Shown one piece after another: positions 1 through 55,967 of a stretch of 64,000 nt of DNA (positions are counted from its first letter, which is position 1; the number at the start of each line of letters is the position of its first letter). A program made the translations under genes and the position numbers. The notes under the pieces are model-generated. The model saw only the letters and a list, made by a program, of their open reading frames with translations. It did not search any database and was not told where the DNA came from. Source of the stretch: Octopus bimaculoides. Taxonomy: Eukaryota. The stretch spans positions 44,344,787 through 44,408,786 of the forward strand of contig NC_068982.1 in NCBI RefSeq assembly GCF_001194135.2. The letters are read 5' to 3'.

Positions 1-36
<36 letters not shown>

Positions 37-379
37 GTGTGTGTGTGTGTGTGCGTATTATAAATATTATATATTATATATACTAATACAGACAGACAAG
101 TTTTTCGATTGCATTATTTTTAATCTGTCTCGTGTGATGTTAAAAAAATTAATTTTCAGAAATTCTTGTAGGAATCAGCATCTCTAACTCCTTAAATTCT
201 AAACGTTGAATTTTGCTGACATCCATGTGATCTCTGACATCCTACATCTTATAATATCCCAACAAAATTATAAACACCAGGTCTTGATAAAGAATTTCAG
301 TGTCTCAGATCTTAAATGAATTCTACTTTTTATTTTCTAAAGTTATGTGAAGGAAGAACACATTACCTTTCATCCATTC

Positions 380-870
380 AAGGACAATAACTATGTACCA
401 ATCCAGGTTTCTGGACTGGTGGATCGGTAAGAACGTCGGACTGGATACCTTGCATTATTTAATCTGCCTCTTTGCGTTCTAGGATCAAATACCTCTATGA
501 CTTGTGAAAGCAGATTGAATTCATCGTCTGATTTAACACAACAGATTGGTTCCTTGGTTAACTTTAGCGGAATCTACTCTTTCGTAAGCATTCGGATTAG
601 TTCACTGATTTGGCGATACCTCCATCCTTCACTTCCACAAATCACAGAAGCCCTGAGAATGGCTAATGGGCATTGCCTTTTCTTCTGATACGAAGGTGTT
701 ATTTGTTATGATGTATCAGACTCAGAATTGCAAACATTTGAACTTAGTGGATGGACAAAGTCTTTGCGTCCTTCAGTAATAAACATTTGAGCTGCCTTCT
801 AACTGAATGAATTTAGGCCTCTTCCGTCGAGCATGTGTATTTTACTGGATAAGAAAAGTTCCGAAAATGT
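380..870 (-). mobile_element. Degenerate RTE-like LINE RT C-terminal remnant
   Basis: Broken translation ILRASVICGSEGWRY..ETNPNAYER resembles the RTE-type lLYGsEtW region; multiple stops. Confidence 0.4.
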
Positions 871-875
871 ACTTT

Positions 876-882
876 CATCATT

Positions 883-929
<47 letters not shown>

Positions 930-954
930 CATCATCATCATCATCATCACCACC

Positions 955-1024
<70 letters not shown>
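876..1024. repeat. (CAT)n/(CAC)n microsatellite
   Basis: Direct inspection; source of the poly-H/D/S/M ORFs. Confidence 0.95.
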
Positions 1025-1029
1025 GGTCG

Positions 1030-1740
1030 AGCTTGCTTCCCAACCACATGGTTCTGAGCTCAGTCCCACTGCACNNNNNNNNNNNNNNNNNNNNNNNNNN
1101 NNNNNNNNNNNNNNNNNNNNNNNNNNNNNNNNNNNNNNNNNNNNNNNNNNNNNNNNNNNNNNNNNNNNNNNNNNNNNNNNNNNNNNNNNNNNNNNNNNNN
1201 NNNNNNNNNNNNNNNNNNNNNNNNNNNNNNNNNNNNNNNNNNNNNNNNNNNNNNNNNNNNNNNNNNNNNNNNNNNNNNNNNNNNNNNNNNNNNNNNNNNN
1301 NNNNNNNNNNNNNNNNNNNNNNNNNNNNNNNNNNNNNNNNNNNNNNNNNNNNNNNNNNNNNNNNNNNNNNNNNNNNNNNNNNNNNNNNNNNNNNNNNNNN
1401 NNNNNNNNNNNNNNNNNNGTGTGTGTGAGTGTGCGTGTGTGTGTGTGTATGTGAGTGTGTGTGTGTGAGTGTGCGTGTGTGTGTGTGAGTGTGTGTGAGT
1501 GTGCGTGTGTTTGTGTGTGTGTGTGTGTGAGTGTGTGTGTCTTTGTGGCTGTGTTTGTCCCCCACCCGACCACTTGACAACCGGTGGTGGCGTGTTTACG
1601 TCCCCGTAATATAGCGGTTCGGCAAAAGAGACCGATCGAATAAGTATCAGGCTTAAAAAAAAGTATTGGGTTCGATTCATTCAAGGTGATGCCCCAACAT
1701 GGTCGCAATCTAACGACTGAAGGAAATAGAAGATAAAAGG
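1030..1740 (+). mobile_element. tRNA-derived SINE family B, spanning a gap, with internal (GT)n
   Basis: Head caaccacatggttc..cagtcccactgc and tail cttgacaacc..cggttcggcaaaagagaccgat..aataagta match other copies in the window. Confidence 0.75.
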
Positions 1741-1834
1741 TAAAATACTCAGCCCTTTGCCTAACATGTGTATCACACACGACAAGCAAAGGGGTGAAAA
1801 AACAAAAGAAATTTAAACAATTGTTTATACTTAC

Positions 1835-42840
<41,006 letters not shown>

Positions 42841-43021
42841 CTAGAAAGAAAAAAGAAATTAACATAATTTAGTCAAGAAAATAAAAACACAAATTAGGCA
42901 TTTAACGGAACTTAGCGATTTATATACTTTTATTCTTCACAAAAATGAGTTCAAAACAAATTATGGATTAAATCAAAGCTTTATTAATAAAAATGATCGC
43001 TGACACTCTAAAGAAATATAC

Positions 43022-43122
43022 CTCTGGTTCAAAATCGCTTGTCACCAACATATCTAACATTTACTTCCAAAGAACGAAATATGAAGCTGTAACGTCCACA
43101 CCGTTATCGTCATCAGTAAAGC
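43022..43122 (-). other. Candidate non-coding (5' UTR) or decayed exon upstream of exon A
   Basis: Acceptor ttttgttacacag and donor GAG|gtatat, 101 bp. Stop codons occur in all three frames. Confidence 0.4.
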
Positions 43123-45148
43123 CTGTGTAACAAAATGCAATCCACAAGGTTTAACAATTTAGTTTTCTTTTATATTTTATTAAGCATTCACCAACATCTA
43201 TAAATATTAACATTGAATTTATAAGTATATGAAGTTTATAAGTGTCAATCGTAAATAAGTTCATTATACTTTAGAAACAACAATAACAAAACTTGAACTT
43301 TAAAAGCTGCAGTGATATGTGATGCACTTAACCTGGCCAGTTAAACAGGGTGTATAGTAATATTTCGCATTGAATACAAGCGTATCTTTCTTTAGTTCTT
43401 CAGTTTGTTATAGCCATCAGTGCATTGTCCATACGCAAGACTGCCTCAAGTTGTGGAATTTTCTTTGATAAAATAAAACGCACGTAAAGACTGGGGTCGA
43501 TGGTAGCGACTACAACCCTCCCCATATATCTTCTAGGCTCGTACCTAAATTACAAACNNNNNNNNNNNNNNNNNNNNNNNNNNNNNNNNNNNNNNNNNNN
43601 NNNNNNNNNNNNNNNNNNNNNNNNNNNNNNNNNNNNNNNNNNNNNNNNNNNNNNNNNNNNNNNNNNNNNNNNNNNNNNNNNNNNNNNNNNNNNNNNNNNN
43701 NNNNNNNNNNNNNNNNNNNNNNNNNNNNNNNNNNNNNNNNNNNNNNNNNNNNNNNNNNNNNNNNNNNNNNNNNNNNNNNNNNNNNNNNNNNNNNNNNNNN
43801 NNNNNNNNNNNNNNNNNNNNNNNNNNNNNNNNNNNNNNNNNNNNNNNNNNNNNNNNNNNNNNNNNNNNNNNNNNNNNNNNNNNNNNNNNNNNNNNNNNNN
43901 NNNNNNNNNNNNNNNNNNNNNNNNNNNNNNNNNNNNNNNNNNNNNNNNNNNNNNNNNNNNNNNNNNNNNNNNNNNNNNNNNNNNNNNNNNNNNNNNNNNN
44001 NNNNNNNNNNNNNNNNNNNNNNNNNNNNNNNNNNNNNNNNNNNNNNNNNNNNNNNNNNNNNNNNNNNNNNNNNNNNNNNNNNNNNNNNNNNNNNNNNNNN
44101 NNNNNNNNNNNNNNNNNNNNNNNNNNNNNNNNNNNNNNNNNNNNNNNNNNNNNNNNNNNNNNNNNNNNNNNNNNNNNNNNNNNNNNNNNNNNNNNNNNNN
44201 NNNNNNNNNNNNNNNNNNNNNNNNNNNNNNNNNNNNNNNNNNNNNNNNNNNNNNNNNNNNNNNNNNNNNNNNNNNNNNNNNNNNNNNNNNNNNNNNNNNN
44301 NNNNNNNNNNNNNNNNNNNNNNNNNNNNNNNNNNNNNNNNNNNNNNNNNNNNNNNNNNNNNNNNNNNNNNNNNNNNNNNNNNNNNNNNNNNNNNNNNNNN
44401 NNNNNNNNNNNNNNNNNNNNNNNNNNNNNNNNNNNNNNNNNNNNNNNNNNNNNNNNNNNNNNNNNNNNNNNNNNNNNNNNNNNNNNNNNNNNNNNNNNNN
44501 NNNNNNNNNNNNNNNNNNNNNNNNNTATATGTACGTTTGTATGTACGTATATGTATGTATATAACGTGTGTGTGTGTGTATGTGTTTTACCACAAAAGCA
44601 TATGTACGGCGATTCAGAAACGCACAATAAAACAATACAATACTTTAGATTTAGGTTCAGAAACCTTGAGAGTATCCTTGTTTGCTTCAGAGAAGACAAT
44701 TGGTAAATGTCATCGGTTAGATAAATGTTAGACTTTCTAAAGTCACACCGAGGTAAAGTGTAATTGACGTGACTCACCGATGAACACACAGTGGAGACAC
44801 ACTCACTCATATGCGTAAACACACACAAATGCACTCATTTACTCTCTCAAGGGCAGGCGCACCAATACAAGCACACACACACGCACACACATAAAAGTAC
44901 ATACACTCATATACACACACATGCACTCACAAACGCACGCACTTTCATAGACACACACGCACACACGTTCATACAGACGTATATGCACACGTGCCATATG
45001 AAGGAGCAAGTGCGCAATGCAGGTATTGTGTTTTCGTTGTTCTTTCATTTAATCATCTTCATCATCATCATCATCGTCGTCGTCGTCGTCGTCGACATTG
45101 TCATCACCATCGTCATCATCAACGTCATCATCATCATCATCGTTGTCG

Positions 45149-45179
<31 letters not shown>

Positions 45180-45188
45180 AGTCGTCGC

Positions 45189-45220
<32 letters not shown>

Positions 45221-45240
45221 CCATCATCATCATTATTATT

Positions 45241-45470
45241 AAGGCGGCGAGCTAGCAGAATCGTTAGCACACCGGGCGAAATGCTTACCGGTATTTCGTC
45301 TGTTGCTACGTTCTGAGTTCTAGTTCCGCCGAGGTCGCCTCTGTCTTTCATCCTTTCGGGGTCGATGAACTAAGTACCAGCAAACATTGGGATCATTAAA
45401 TCAACTACTCCTCCCCCCAAAACTTCAGGCCTAGTAGAAAAGATTGTTATTGTTGTGGTTGTTGTTGTTG

Positions 45471-45567
<97 letters not shown>

Positions 45568-45781
45568 GGCTGCGAGTTGGCAGAAACGTAAGCACGCTGG
45601 ACAAAATACCTAATGGCATTTCGTCCGTCTTAACATTCCGAGTTCAAATTCCACCGAGGTCGACTTTGCCTTTCATCTTCTCGGGATCGTTAAAATAAGT
45701 ACCAGTTGAACAGGAGGGGGGCGCTGTAATCGACTTACCCCATACCCGAAATTTCTGGGCCTGTGCCAAAATTTGAAACCA
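45241..45781 (+). mobile_element. Two SINE family A copies separated by (TTG/TTA)n
   Basis: Copies at 45241-45445 and 45567-45781, each preceded and followed by (ATT)n-type repeats. Confidence 0.88.
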
Positions 45782-45871
45782 TTATTATTGTTATGCACCC
45801 CCCACACACACACTTTGTGTGTCTCTTTGTATTGTCGCTTCATCCTTCGCCCTGATGACAAATAAAAGAAA

Positions 45872-46500
45872 TTATAATTATTATTATTGTTCAGTAGTCA
45901 TATTTTTATCACGTGCTTTGACTACACGGCCGAGCGCAGTTCTGTGCGCCTTGGATATGTGCTGTGGTTTGTTGTGCTGCTCTTATATTCATTGTATTGA
46001 AAGTGTTTTATGAAGGATATGCGAGCTACCTAGTAATGCTATTTTCTGTGTTATATACAATCGGAAGTCCTGGTGTTTTGGTTATTTATTTGTCTGAATG
46101 TTTTTAATTATACCTAATGCACTTATTATTATAGGGATTGTTTCTGTTTTTTAGGTTCCACATTCGAGTTAGCTTTATTCCCGGATCTTTGTATTTTGAG
46201 AGTTTCTCCGTTTCTTTTAGAGGTACATTATCATCTGTTGGTATTGATACATCGATTAGAAGGCATTTTTTTTTCTTAGTGATCTCTGACAAATATATCC
46301 GGTCTATTAGCCTTGATTTCTCTATCTCTATGTATTAGCATGTTGTCATTCCATAGTGTTGGCATAGCTTCCAGTGTACATAGGTCCCAACTCTATCATG
46401 TCTGTCGATATATTACTTCTTATCCAGAATTGGGCAGCCAGAGACATTATGATTTATTGTTTCTTCCTCATCACCACATATTGTGCAGTTATTTGTTGTT
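45872..46500 (-). mobile_element. R4-like LINE fragment (CCHC knuckle + RLE + 3' UTR), flanked by (TAA)n
   Basis: CTICGDEEETINHNVSGC..RHDRVGTYVHWKLCQHYG and CLLIDVSIPTDDNV..KLSKYKD; ends actgaacaataataataat. Confidence 0.82.
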
Positions 46501-46561
46501 GTATTTATTATTACTATTATCATTATTATTATTATCATTATTATTATCATTATTATTATTA

Positions 46562-46705
46562 TTCGGTATTTCGTCTGCCGCTATGTTCTGAGCTCAAATT
46601 CCGCCGAAGTCGTTTTTACCTTTCATCCTTTCAGGGTCGATAAATTAAATTCCAGTAATCGACTACTCTCCTCCCCCAAAATTTCAGGCCTTGTGCCTTA
46701 GTAGA

Positions 46706-46712
<7 letters not shown>
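46562..46712 (+). mobile_element. 5'-truncated SINE family A
   Basis: ggtatttcgtctgccg..gtgccttagtagaaagtattatt. Confidence 0.8.
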
Positions 46713-46769
<57 letters not shown>

Positions 46770-47205
46770 TAGCTGATGAAGGATGGACAGCGTCCATGTG
46801 ACTCTATTCGATTTCCCTTGACGCAGTTAATATTTAGCTTGAACTTCTGTAGATTGATGCCAGTTGGGAAAAATATGAACAGGAAGTAAAAATGTCCAGA
46901 GTTTTGGGACAGGTTTTATTGAATTATTTTATTGAATTATTTAGTGACGGATTCGTGAATTAACTCATTTAAAGGGACGAGGAGATAATAGTCGAGTCGT
47001 GTAGTGGCCATTGTTGTAATAGAATAAACAATAGAGTGAGAGGTAGAAAGAGAGACGTACAGAGAAAGAGAGAAGAGACAGGATGCTGTGTAGAGTGTTT
47101 TGACGTTAATATAAGCTATTTCGCTTAATTGCATGACTCGGTAAATTGTTTAACTTTCCTAAACAGCGAGCTGTTGTGCATCGGATCTGTGTAACATCAG
47201 TCGGT

Positions 47206-47251
<46 letters not shown>

Positions 47252-49309
47252 CATGTACGCGCGCGCACACACAACATCGTTTTCGGTTACTTGCATAATA
47301 TCTTTTTTTTTTATTTTAAGCAGTGAAAATACAAGCGCTGCTCATTAAAGAAAGTATCATAACATGTCACTCGACAAAATAGGAGCAGCGCGTAAGGAAA
47401 GCCATCATTATTGCTTCAAATGCTAAGCTGCGCCCTCATTTAGGATTTCTCATGGCGAACACTCATCCTTAACTTAGTTACCACCGCTTTACATTCATTG
47501 TCCTTTCTTTTAGAGCAAAAAGTAACTAACACAATTTCTGGCCCTCTCTGTACAAAGCTCAGATGAGATCCACAATGGAGTACCGTTCACACAAATTGAA
47601 CTGTGGAGTTATTGTTACACACGCATATATTTTCGATCGATTCTGATAGAGGTCATTCGACTAACTGGCATAACTTAACGCTCAGACACGCGCCAGCCTC
47701 CCACCCATAAACAAGCTGTTTCCACTGTCCCCCTCTCCTTCCCTCTCTCCTCGACTCTCTCTCTCTCTTCCCTCTCTCTCTTTAAATTTTCTGTCGATAC
47801 TATAATGGCTTCTCCTGCTCAGATCTGATTGGTCTCGTATCATCTCTGTTCATTCACTACCAATTCACTTGTCTTTTCTTTCACCGCCCGCGTTGTGTCC
47901 ATCCATCCCTACCCTAAGCCGTGCTCTAATTTCTACTCCCAGTCTTTCTTCATTAAAAGTCGGCCTCCTGAAATTTTTTTCGTGCTCATGATTTTCCTGC
48001 AGACTCTGACTCTCAAATGTTTAAATGAAATCTTAACAGTATCAAAATCACTCGCCCCAGAGGGCTGATGAAAGCTACAGGCTCAGCCCCTTGCGTCTGA
48101 CCAGAAAAAAAAGGTGAAACGTTGCATAAAATTGAATAAACTCATTTTGAAAGCTTTTGTTTTCATAATGAATTAAAATAATTTTTGTCAGGTTTTGATA
48201 TTAAAAGAGCCAAATATTTTCAGTTTATTCTTACAACTTCAATCCATTAGAAGACTATCAATATAATTTTTATAACTCCGGTGTTGTTTTATCTTATTTT
48301 TTATTGTGTGACGAAATTTTTCAATATGTAAATCTTCATAGGTGATAAAAATTGCTAAAAATATAATTTTCTTAATTCAAGTAGTAAATACATTATCGAT
48401 ACATTGGACAGTAGTTGAGCTAATTAATTTTTCTATTTTTTAATTCGCATGATCTTAGTTGTTACTTTTTAGAATTTCAAGTATGTTAATGTTTTTGTCA
48501 GAGTGTATGAATCTGGCTAAGCTTGGGTTATTGAAGGATATCAAATGAAATTGAAAAAAATTATAGGGAATAAGTTAAGCAGTAGTCACGCAGATACAGA
48601 TATAAAGTCTAGCTTGCATGTTATCTATGGTTTTATTTTTGCATTGTATTGTGCAATAGTTATGGCTTCCAAAATCGTCTGTTTTCCTAGGGATTTCTGT
48701 ATTTTATAAATAAGTTACTTACAAATGTTTTTCCAACTGGTTTTGTTTTGTGCTGTGTCAGGTAACGCACTGCCGGCAGGAGAAATTTTACAAATCCAAA
48801 TGGTTATATAGGCCATACGAGTACAATACTCACCCACCAGCTCACCATGCACTTACAACACCAATTAAAAGTAGAGGGGAAAACATTAATAAACAATACA
48901 TCTACTCCATAGATTATTCACTACAAAACTCCATGAGTAATGATGGAAACAGTATTCATGACACTGTGCAATGTTGAAATAAACATACAAATAACATACA
49001 CCAGACGCAAAATGAAACACTTCACAAAAATGAAACACTACATTGGATGACGTATAACTAAGAGTTAAATAAGCAAAATTCGGTGGTTATGTTCCCATCA
49101 ATTATATTAATGTCATATTTACTATGAAGAGGCAGCAACACACACCAACATCAGTTCATCCAAAATATGAACTAAGATCTAGAAATGTCATAGGTGTAAA
49201 TTTCGAACTCAGAATCACTTTGTATTTCTGTCTTACGAAGTATTCATGTTCGAATCCTCTTTTCAGCAAATATATTCCTTGCCGATTTTTAATTTTAACG
49301 ACAACAATA

Positions 49310-49344
<35 letters not shown>

Positions 49345-49585
49345 GTGAGTTTGTATACATGCATGTGTGCGTGTATGTTAAATTAGGATATTGTTTTAAG
49401 GAAAGTTTAAAGAATAACTACAGAACATTTCCTTATTAAGACTCAAATACTCAAAAGTAGAGCCAAATTTATCGTAAAATTCGTTTTGACTAGGTCATTC
49501 TGTTTCGTCCGACAGTTTATTCAATCACTCTTGTTGAGCAAGCCGTTAGTCCTATAATAAATCCCCAGCCATAATGAATTTTATA

Positions 49586-49629
<44 letters not shown>

Positions 49630-52404
49630 TTCTGTATGTGAAGTAGAGAAAGACAGAGATTCTATTTTACCATAAACATACGCTCGCGTACGCATAGAAC
49701 TGGAAAAAAATTAATTTCTTACGTAAGTTGTGTTACTTTCCCATTAAGTCAACCCCTCCACCGCAACTGTAAGCAGCTTTAAAATTCATTTCTCTTCCTT
49801 CAGCGAAATATATTTCTTCTTTGTTTTTTTAAATTACGTTGCATACATTGTAGTAAAATTAAAATATATTTTCTTCACTGTATGATACAAACAAACAAAT
49901 GAATGAAAGATAACTCAATCTAAAATATATATTTAAAATAATTAACATTGAAACTTTATTACAATAACATTAACTCAAACTTGACGTCTCTGTAAAACTC
50001 TTATTTTCGACATTTGACATGAGCAAACTTGTTTATGACAGTAAAAATATTTATTTCTCTTAGATGTTTTTGTCCAACGTTCATTACAGCGAGACTGCAA
50101 AATTTTGCTGTTTCTCCATAATGTCTCTTTGTTCCTTTATATATTTTTTTTTCTTTCAAAGTTTGAAAACAGTCATTCACTAGTGTAGTTTGTAATCATT
50201 AATATCAAATAAATCCGTAAATCGATTTTTTTTTTGTATGGAAACCAAGATTCCAAGTAGTTGTCTGTTATAAAACAGTAAAAGTGAATCTTCAAAGAAA
50301 ATTTTTTTGTACCAGTTCGAGTAGCAAGATTGGTTTATAAAAGTTCAATGAATTATGGAAACACATCGCATTTTTTACAAATTTTCAGGAAATGCAGCAA
50401 CAATATTACATTGTTTTGACATTGTCTTCTATTGTGAATGACTTCAATAGATGACGGCATTTAAATATATCAGAAGACTGTTAAATAACAGTGGTTATCT
50501 GAAATCATTGCAGCATGTGGTCACAAAATATTCTTTTTAAAAGAATTAGTTAAGAGAAATGTGGTTATTTCTATGACCTTTATAGACCCTGCAAGACTGG
50601 TGAGATTGATGCAAGTGGGTGTTCAGCCTGCATAGCTCAGAATTGACAATTGTGAGTCAGGAAGGGATTACCAAGTGCCGACGTCCTGCTGAGATTAAGT
50701 GTTATGGTTAGCGCTGAGCCTAAGGAAGACACAGTGTGGGCGAGAAGAAGAGGGTCGCTCTAAAGTAGGGTTCGGGGTACTTTTTAAACCAATTCCCTCC
50801 AAAATATATTTATTTACGCCAACGTTACTCCCTTAATTCGAAGGAAGAATATCATAGATAACGAGGGACGCGTTTTTTTATATAATTTTATTTATGTCTA
50901 ATGAATCCTCATTACCCCCAAGGATTTCATTTTTACCCCACTTGGGGTAATTTATCCCAGTTCGTCGACCCCTGCTCTAAGGAATTAAGGTAGTATACAA
51001 ATAGTGAGCTTTAAAGAGTTGAGGTTGTTATAGTAAAAAAGAAGAACGAGGAGACAGCACGTGTGAAAGCAAGAAGTCGATTGTATTGCTTTTTAGATAG
51101 AGTCTTTGACTTTCAAATCAATAGCTGTTTTGTGGGTGTTGTTGAGGATGTTCGTGAGTAGTAGAAGCACTGTTGCAAATGTAAAACGGTATCCCATTAC
51201 TAAAAATATATCTTTTGCACCGAAGAGGATCGTTTGTCTTCGGGACGCAGTGTTTGCAATATTACGATTGCGAAATCACCGGAAATGATCGTCAGTGTTT
51301 GTAAGGCCTCGTATCTGTAGTGACTTTGACAGTTTTAGTAGCATGTATTCTATGATTAGAGAGGATGAGGTTCAAAAGTGTGCTCTGATTGTATCATTTT
51401 GCAGTTAAAGGAGACAAGATTATTGTAATGCATGGAAGGCGAAAGCACTGCGCGTTTGATGTAATGTCTCAAGATTGAGTGTGAAAAGTTAGGGAATAGT
51501 GAACAGTTGCATCGGCATCGTAGAAATGGATATTGTTAGAATGTTTCTATATCAAGCTTTTCCATTATTAAATAGAAGCAATGATATAAGAGCGGTGACA
51601 TGTTGACATTTAAATTATCGTTATGAGGAATACAGTTCAGGAATCACCGCTCTTAAACATTCGGCGGTGAGCTGGCTGTGTCAGTATTTGCTCCAGCTAT
51701 TTGCGTTCTGAGTTCTTGGTTTGTAAGCTTAATCCATCACCTGGCAGCAAAACTAAACTATCATCTGATTTTCAGGTATCTTTAAGGGAGCTGCAAACTC
51801 TGTTGTAACGTCCAGGCCAGACATCTGGTTGGAGGTTAGCTTCATCCATTCTTTTAGGAGGCTCTGAGGAAATAAAAGACTATGAGCTCTGTATTTCAAT
51901 GAATTATTAGTAAAAGCTATGTAGTATTATTTCGTTATTTCTTATTTGCTTTGCAAGATTCGATTCTTGATGTGAACGCGCGTGTTGAAACAGAGATGAT
52001 CTCGTGTAGAGAGAGCATGTCACTGAAGAGGTCACGAAAGGACTTTGACAAACACAACTGGTCAATTGATTGACCGAATGATTAATCAAACAATCGATTA
52101 GTTGGTTGGTTAGATAGCTGACCGACTGATGAATAATAAATATGTGAAATTGAACCAGTGTGTATGCTCATTATTGAGATACAACTAAATATGTAGAATT
52201 AATTTGTAACATGAAGTGTTTACCGACCGGTATCCAAGTTCTTCACGAACAAGCATCGCCGTCAGATAAAGCGCAGTCATACAAGACAGGTAAGTTCTAA
52301 CGAAAGAAGCGTCTATACTACAATAAAAGCAATACGTGCACACGTGCATATGCACGCATTCATATGTGCGTAAACGCAAAATTATTATAACATTCATGCG
52401 CGCA

Positions 52405-52478
<74 letters not shown>

Positions 52479-52594
52479 CTGCAATTCATGCCAACGCACC
52501 AAGCAAAATCACAAAGAAGCCACAATATACCAAAAACATACTGGTAATAGCGCACGAAAGTAGACGCACATATTGTTTCACTAGGTGTCATACC

Positions 52595-52637
<43 letters not shown>

Positions 52638-52906
52638 AAGAAGAAGAAATGGCTATATGTTGCTTGTTTTGTCACTTGGTCACGTAGATCACCTTGATAG
52701 TCTTTAAATGGCGCGTTTTGAGACAAGGGCAACGTATTTCTGCATCAAAGTACTAAATGACATCTCAATGTTAAACCAGATGGTGTTTCGAACACTTTGT
52801 TTTGCGTGTGTGTGTGTGTTGTGCGCGAGTGTGTGTGTGTGTTGTGCGTGAGTGTGTGTGTGTGTTTGTGCGTGCATGCATGTGCGTGTGATTGTGTGCG
52901 TGCATA

Positions 52907-52965
<59 letters not shown>

Positions 52966-53178
52966 ACAATGGTGCACATGTCGAATTGGCTATTTTAGAG
53001 CGAAAGGCCATGCTTTTGAAGAAGAGCACTCGTATGAACGTCTGTGTGTGAGTATTTGACGAATTGCGACTATTATTGCTACTACTACTACTAACACTAG
53101 TAGTGAGTTGTATATATTCTATATGTTGCATTAGCCGTTTTTGCACGAACGTGCTTGCTTTAAAAACTGCACTTGTTA

Positions 53179-53277
<99 letters not shown>

Positions 53278-53418
53278 CTCGTTTGTTTCATTGTATAACT
53301 CCACGGCTACAGTTACTACCATCGCCATTGCTGTTTTCGATATTCAAGGAGTTGCATGTTTCAACGCCAACATTGTTCTTTTAAAGAAAAAAAAGACCTG
53401 TCTACAACAACAAAAACA

Positions 53419-53452
<34 letters not shown>

Positions 53453-53557
53453 TCGCTGCTGCTGCACTGCCACTTCTAATATTACTAGCCACCGCTATTA
53501 CTACTACCATTACTACTACTATTGCTAATAATTTTATCTTGTACATATACTATTAAT

Positions 53558-54023
53558 GTTGGTTTCTAATTCTGGTACAAGGCCAGCAATTTTGAGGGAG
53601 GGGATAAGTTAGTTACATCGACCCCCCAGTGCTCATCTAATATTTATTTTATCGTCCCCGAAAAGATAAAAGGTGAAGTCGATCATAGCGGAATTTGAAC
53701 TCATGGAGTAAAGACGGGTAACATATCGCTAATTTTTTTTGCCCAGGCGTGCTAATAATTCTGCCAACTTGCCACATTCACATATGCTATTAATATAAGA
53801 AACGTTTGAAAGCGGCAAGCTCGCAGAAACGTTATCACACTGGGCGAAATGCGGTATTGGTATTTCGTCTGTCTTTACGTTCTGAGTTCAAATTCCACCG
53901 AGGTCGACTTTGCCTTTCATCCTTTCAGGGTCGATAAATTAAGTACCAGTTGTTTACTGGCGTCGATCTAATCAACTGGCCTCCTCCCTCAAAATTTCGG
54001 GCCTTGAACCTAGAGTAGGAAAG
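53558..54023. mobile_element. Head-to-head pair of SINE family A copies (- 53558-53779; + 53806-54023)
   Basis: TSDs acatat(a/g)ctattaat (53543-53557, 53780-53794) and aatataaga(a/c)acgt (53792-53805, 54024-54037). Confidence 0.88.
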
Positions 54024-54329
54024 AATATAAGACACGTATATCGACCATCACCGTCATCACCAACTGTTTCACCATGTTATACATCACACTTAGAATACGT
54101 TAACATTTCTCACAAACGCCAGCATTCAGGAAGACTGCAATGCACTCAACACAATCTGAATTTCAAGAAATACAGATAACACAAGTGGCATAACAGCATC
54201 ACAACTAACCTCTAATTATATCCTAAACAATCTACACCGGCACACACACATACCTCTACAAGCAAATTACAACTCTTCTCCAGACATCACTTCCTTTCCT
54301 TCATGCTTAGTTGTGATGGCATAACACCC

Positions 54330-54600
54330 GGGCAGCAAATTCTTCAAAGTTCTTCAAATCATCAACCAATTATCGTACAACACGCTGACATATCAACGAA
54401 GGAAGAAGAAATACATTTACAAACCTCAAGAACACCCGTTGGAGCAAGTTCCACCAAAATGTAGAGTGGTTTTCAGAATTCGACATTATCACATTCACTA
54501 ACATAGAAACGGCTGTACACACATTTAGGAAAATAGTTATAGGTGCATCAAAAACGTTAATATGTCTCACTAAGCATGTCATGATAATGTAACCCCATTT
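54330..54600 (+). mobile_element. Degenerate LINE (endonuclease-RT linker) remnant
   Basis: TNLKNTRWSKFHQNVE..IETAVHTFRKIVIGASK resembles the N-x-k-a-x-W-x-x-F linker of APE-type LINEs. Confidence 0.4.
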
Positions 54601-55489
54601 GTACATGTTATACATCATAAAGAGTGAATGTTAGAGAAACTAGAGATAAACTCAAACACAGTACACTTAACATCACACATTACAGAAACCAAACAACTAA
54701 ACAAAGAAACAGCAAAAAATAAAGCCAAACAAGAACAGAAAACTTACAAACATTTGTATTCAATATAAACTATAAAACAAACAGTAAAACACTATAGAAT
54801 TAGAATCATGCCATAGAAGCAGCGTTATAGTAAAATCTTTTATCAATATTACTTAACGTTTGTGAGTTAACATTGACATTGAAAAGCTGCATTTACGGCG
54901 AAATGCGTATCTGTTGCTCTCGCGGTCACTTCATGGGCGATTTCGTTCCATCCATCACTGAAATAAATGATGATTTTTAACACAATATGTCTATGAAGGA
55001 TTTTCTTCGGACAAAAACCGCAGTTTCTGGATTTTCGACGCCACAATTACGTTAAGTATATTATACTGATGAAGTCTTTACAGCATAGAATAATTAGCAC
55101 CATGGGCAGCAACAACAGCAGACAACGTATCACCATAACAACTTTAAAAGACATATCTACATTCCAATACCAAACAAACACTTAAGATATTTCTGGAATA
55201 TCAGCCGCCAAAAGCCACAAAAAGACAAGACAAAATGAAAAATATGCACGTTTGGTCTTGACTTTATGTTTATGCCTTCCTTTCATCGGAAATTCAATAA
55301 GCAATACGAAAATCTAACTACTCAAAAGCCTTAGTATCAGACAAAATCACAAACATACTCATAAAACACATAGTAACAGATGAGATCACTAACCACTACA
55401 CTAACCAAGATCATGAGCTACTCATACCGACACTGGATAGTTTCCCTGAGATCCGGAAACTAAGCAAAATTCTAGCAAATGCTAGGTAA

Positions 55490-55670
55490 TCACCGAAAGA
55501 GAACGATCGACAATAGAAGCGACCGAAATGGGGTTCATCTGGAGGATCTACAGAGTAATGTTACTCGACAAGGTGCGTAGCTAGGAGATCAAAATCTCTC
55601 CAGGTCGAGTCGCTACATCTCCGCATTGAGAAATCACAGCTCCGGTATTATGGACATATGGTTAGAGTGT
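55490..55670 (+). mobile_element. RTE-like LINE fragment
   Basis: RIYRVMLLDKVRS*EI..RIEKSQLRYYGHMVRV; homologous to 63900-64000. Confidence 0.6.
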
Positions 55671-55967
55671 CATAGGAAAGAATCGTAAGGCGGATTCTTC
55701 AACGCGAGTCAACTGGCAGGAGATCTAGAATTGATCAAGAACGAGATGGATAGATAATACCCATAATCTCAGTTGGACACGCTTATGAATCCAGCTGGAA
55801 AGCCTAATAATAGTTGCTTCTGAAAGGACCTTATGGAGGAGGTGTGTGAGCATTCTCAGACAACATTTTCAGGAATATTGAATGGAGATGGTTAGATAGA
55901 TGGATATCATAAACACTGATTATATTTTTATGCACATCTTCGAAACTTTTAGAAATGTCAATTATTC

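Noticed and set aside
364-440. Minus-strand donor AAAG|gtaatg near 365 as a further exon
   Set aside because: The open frame is short, has no good acceptor and lies in an RTE-like remnant.
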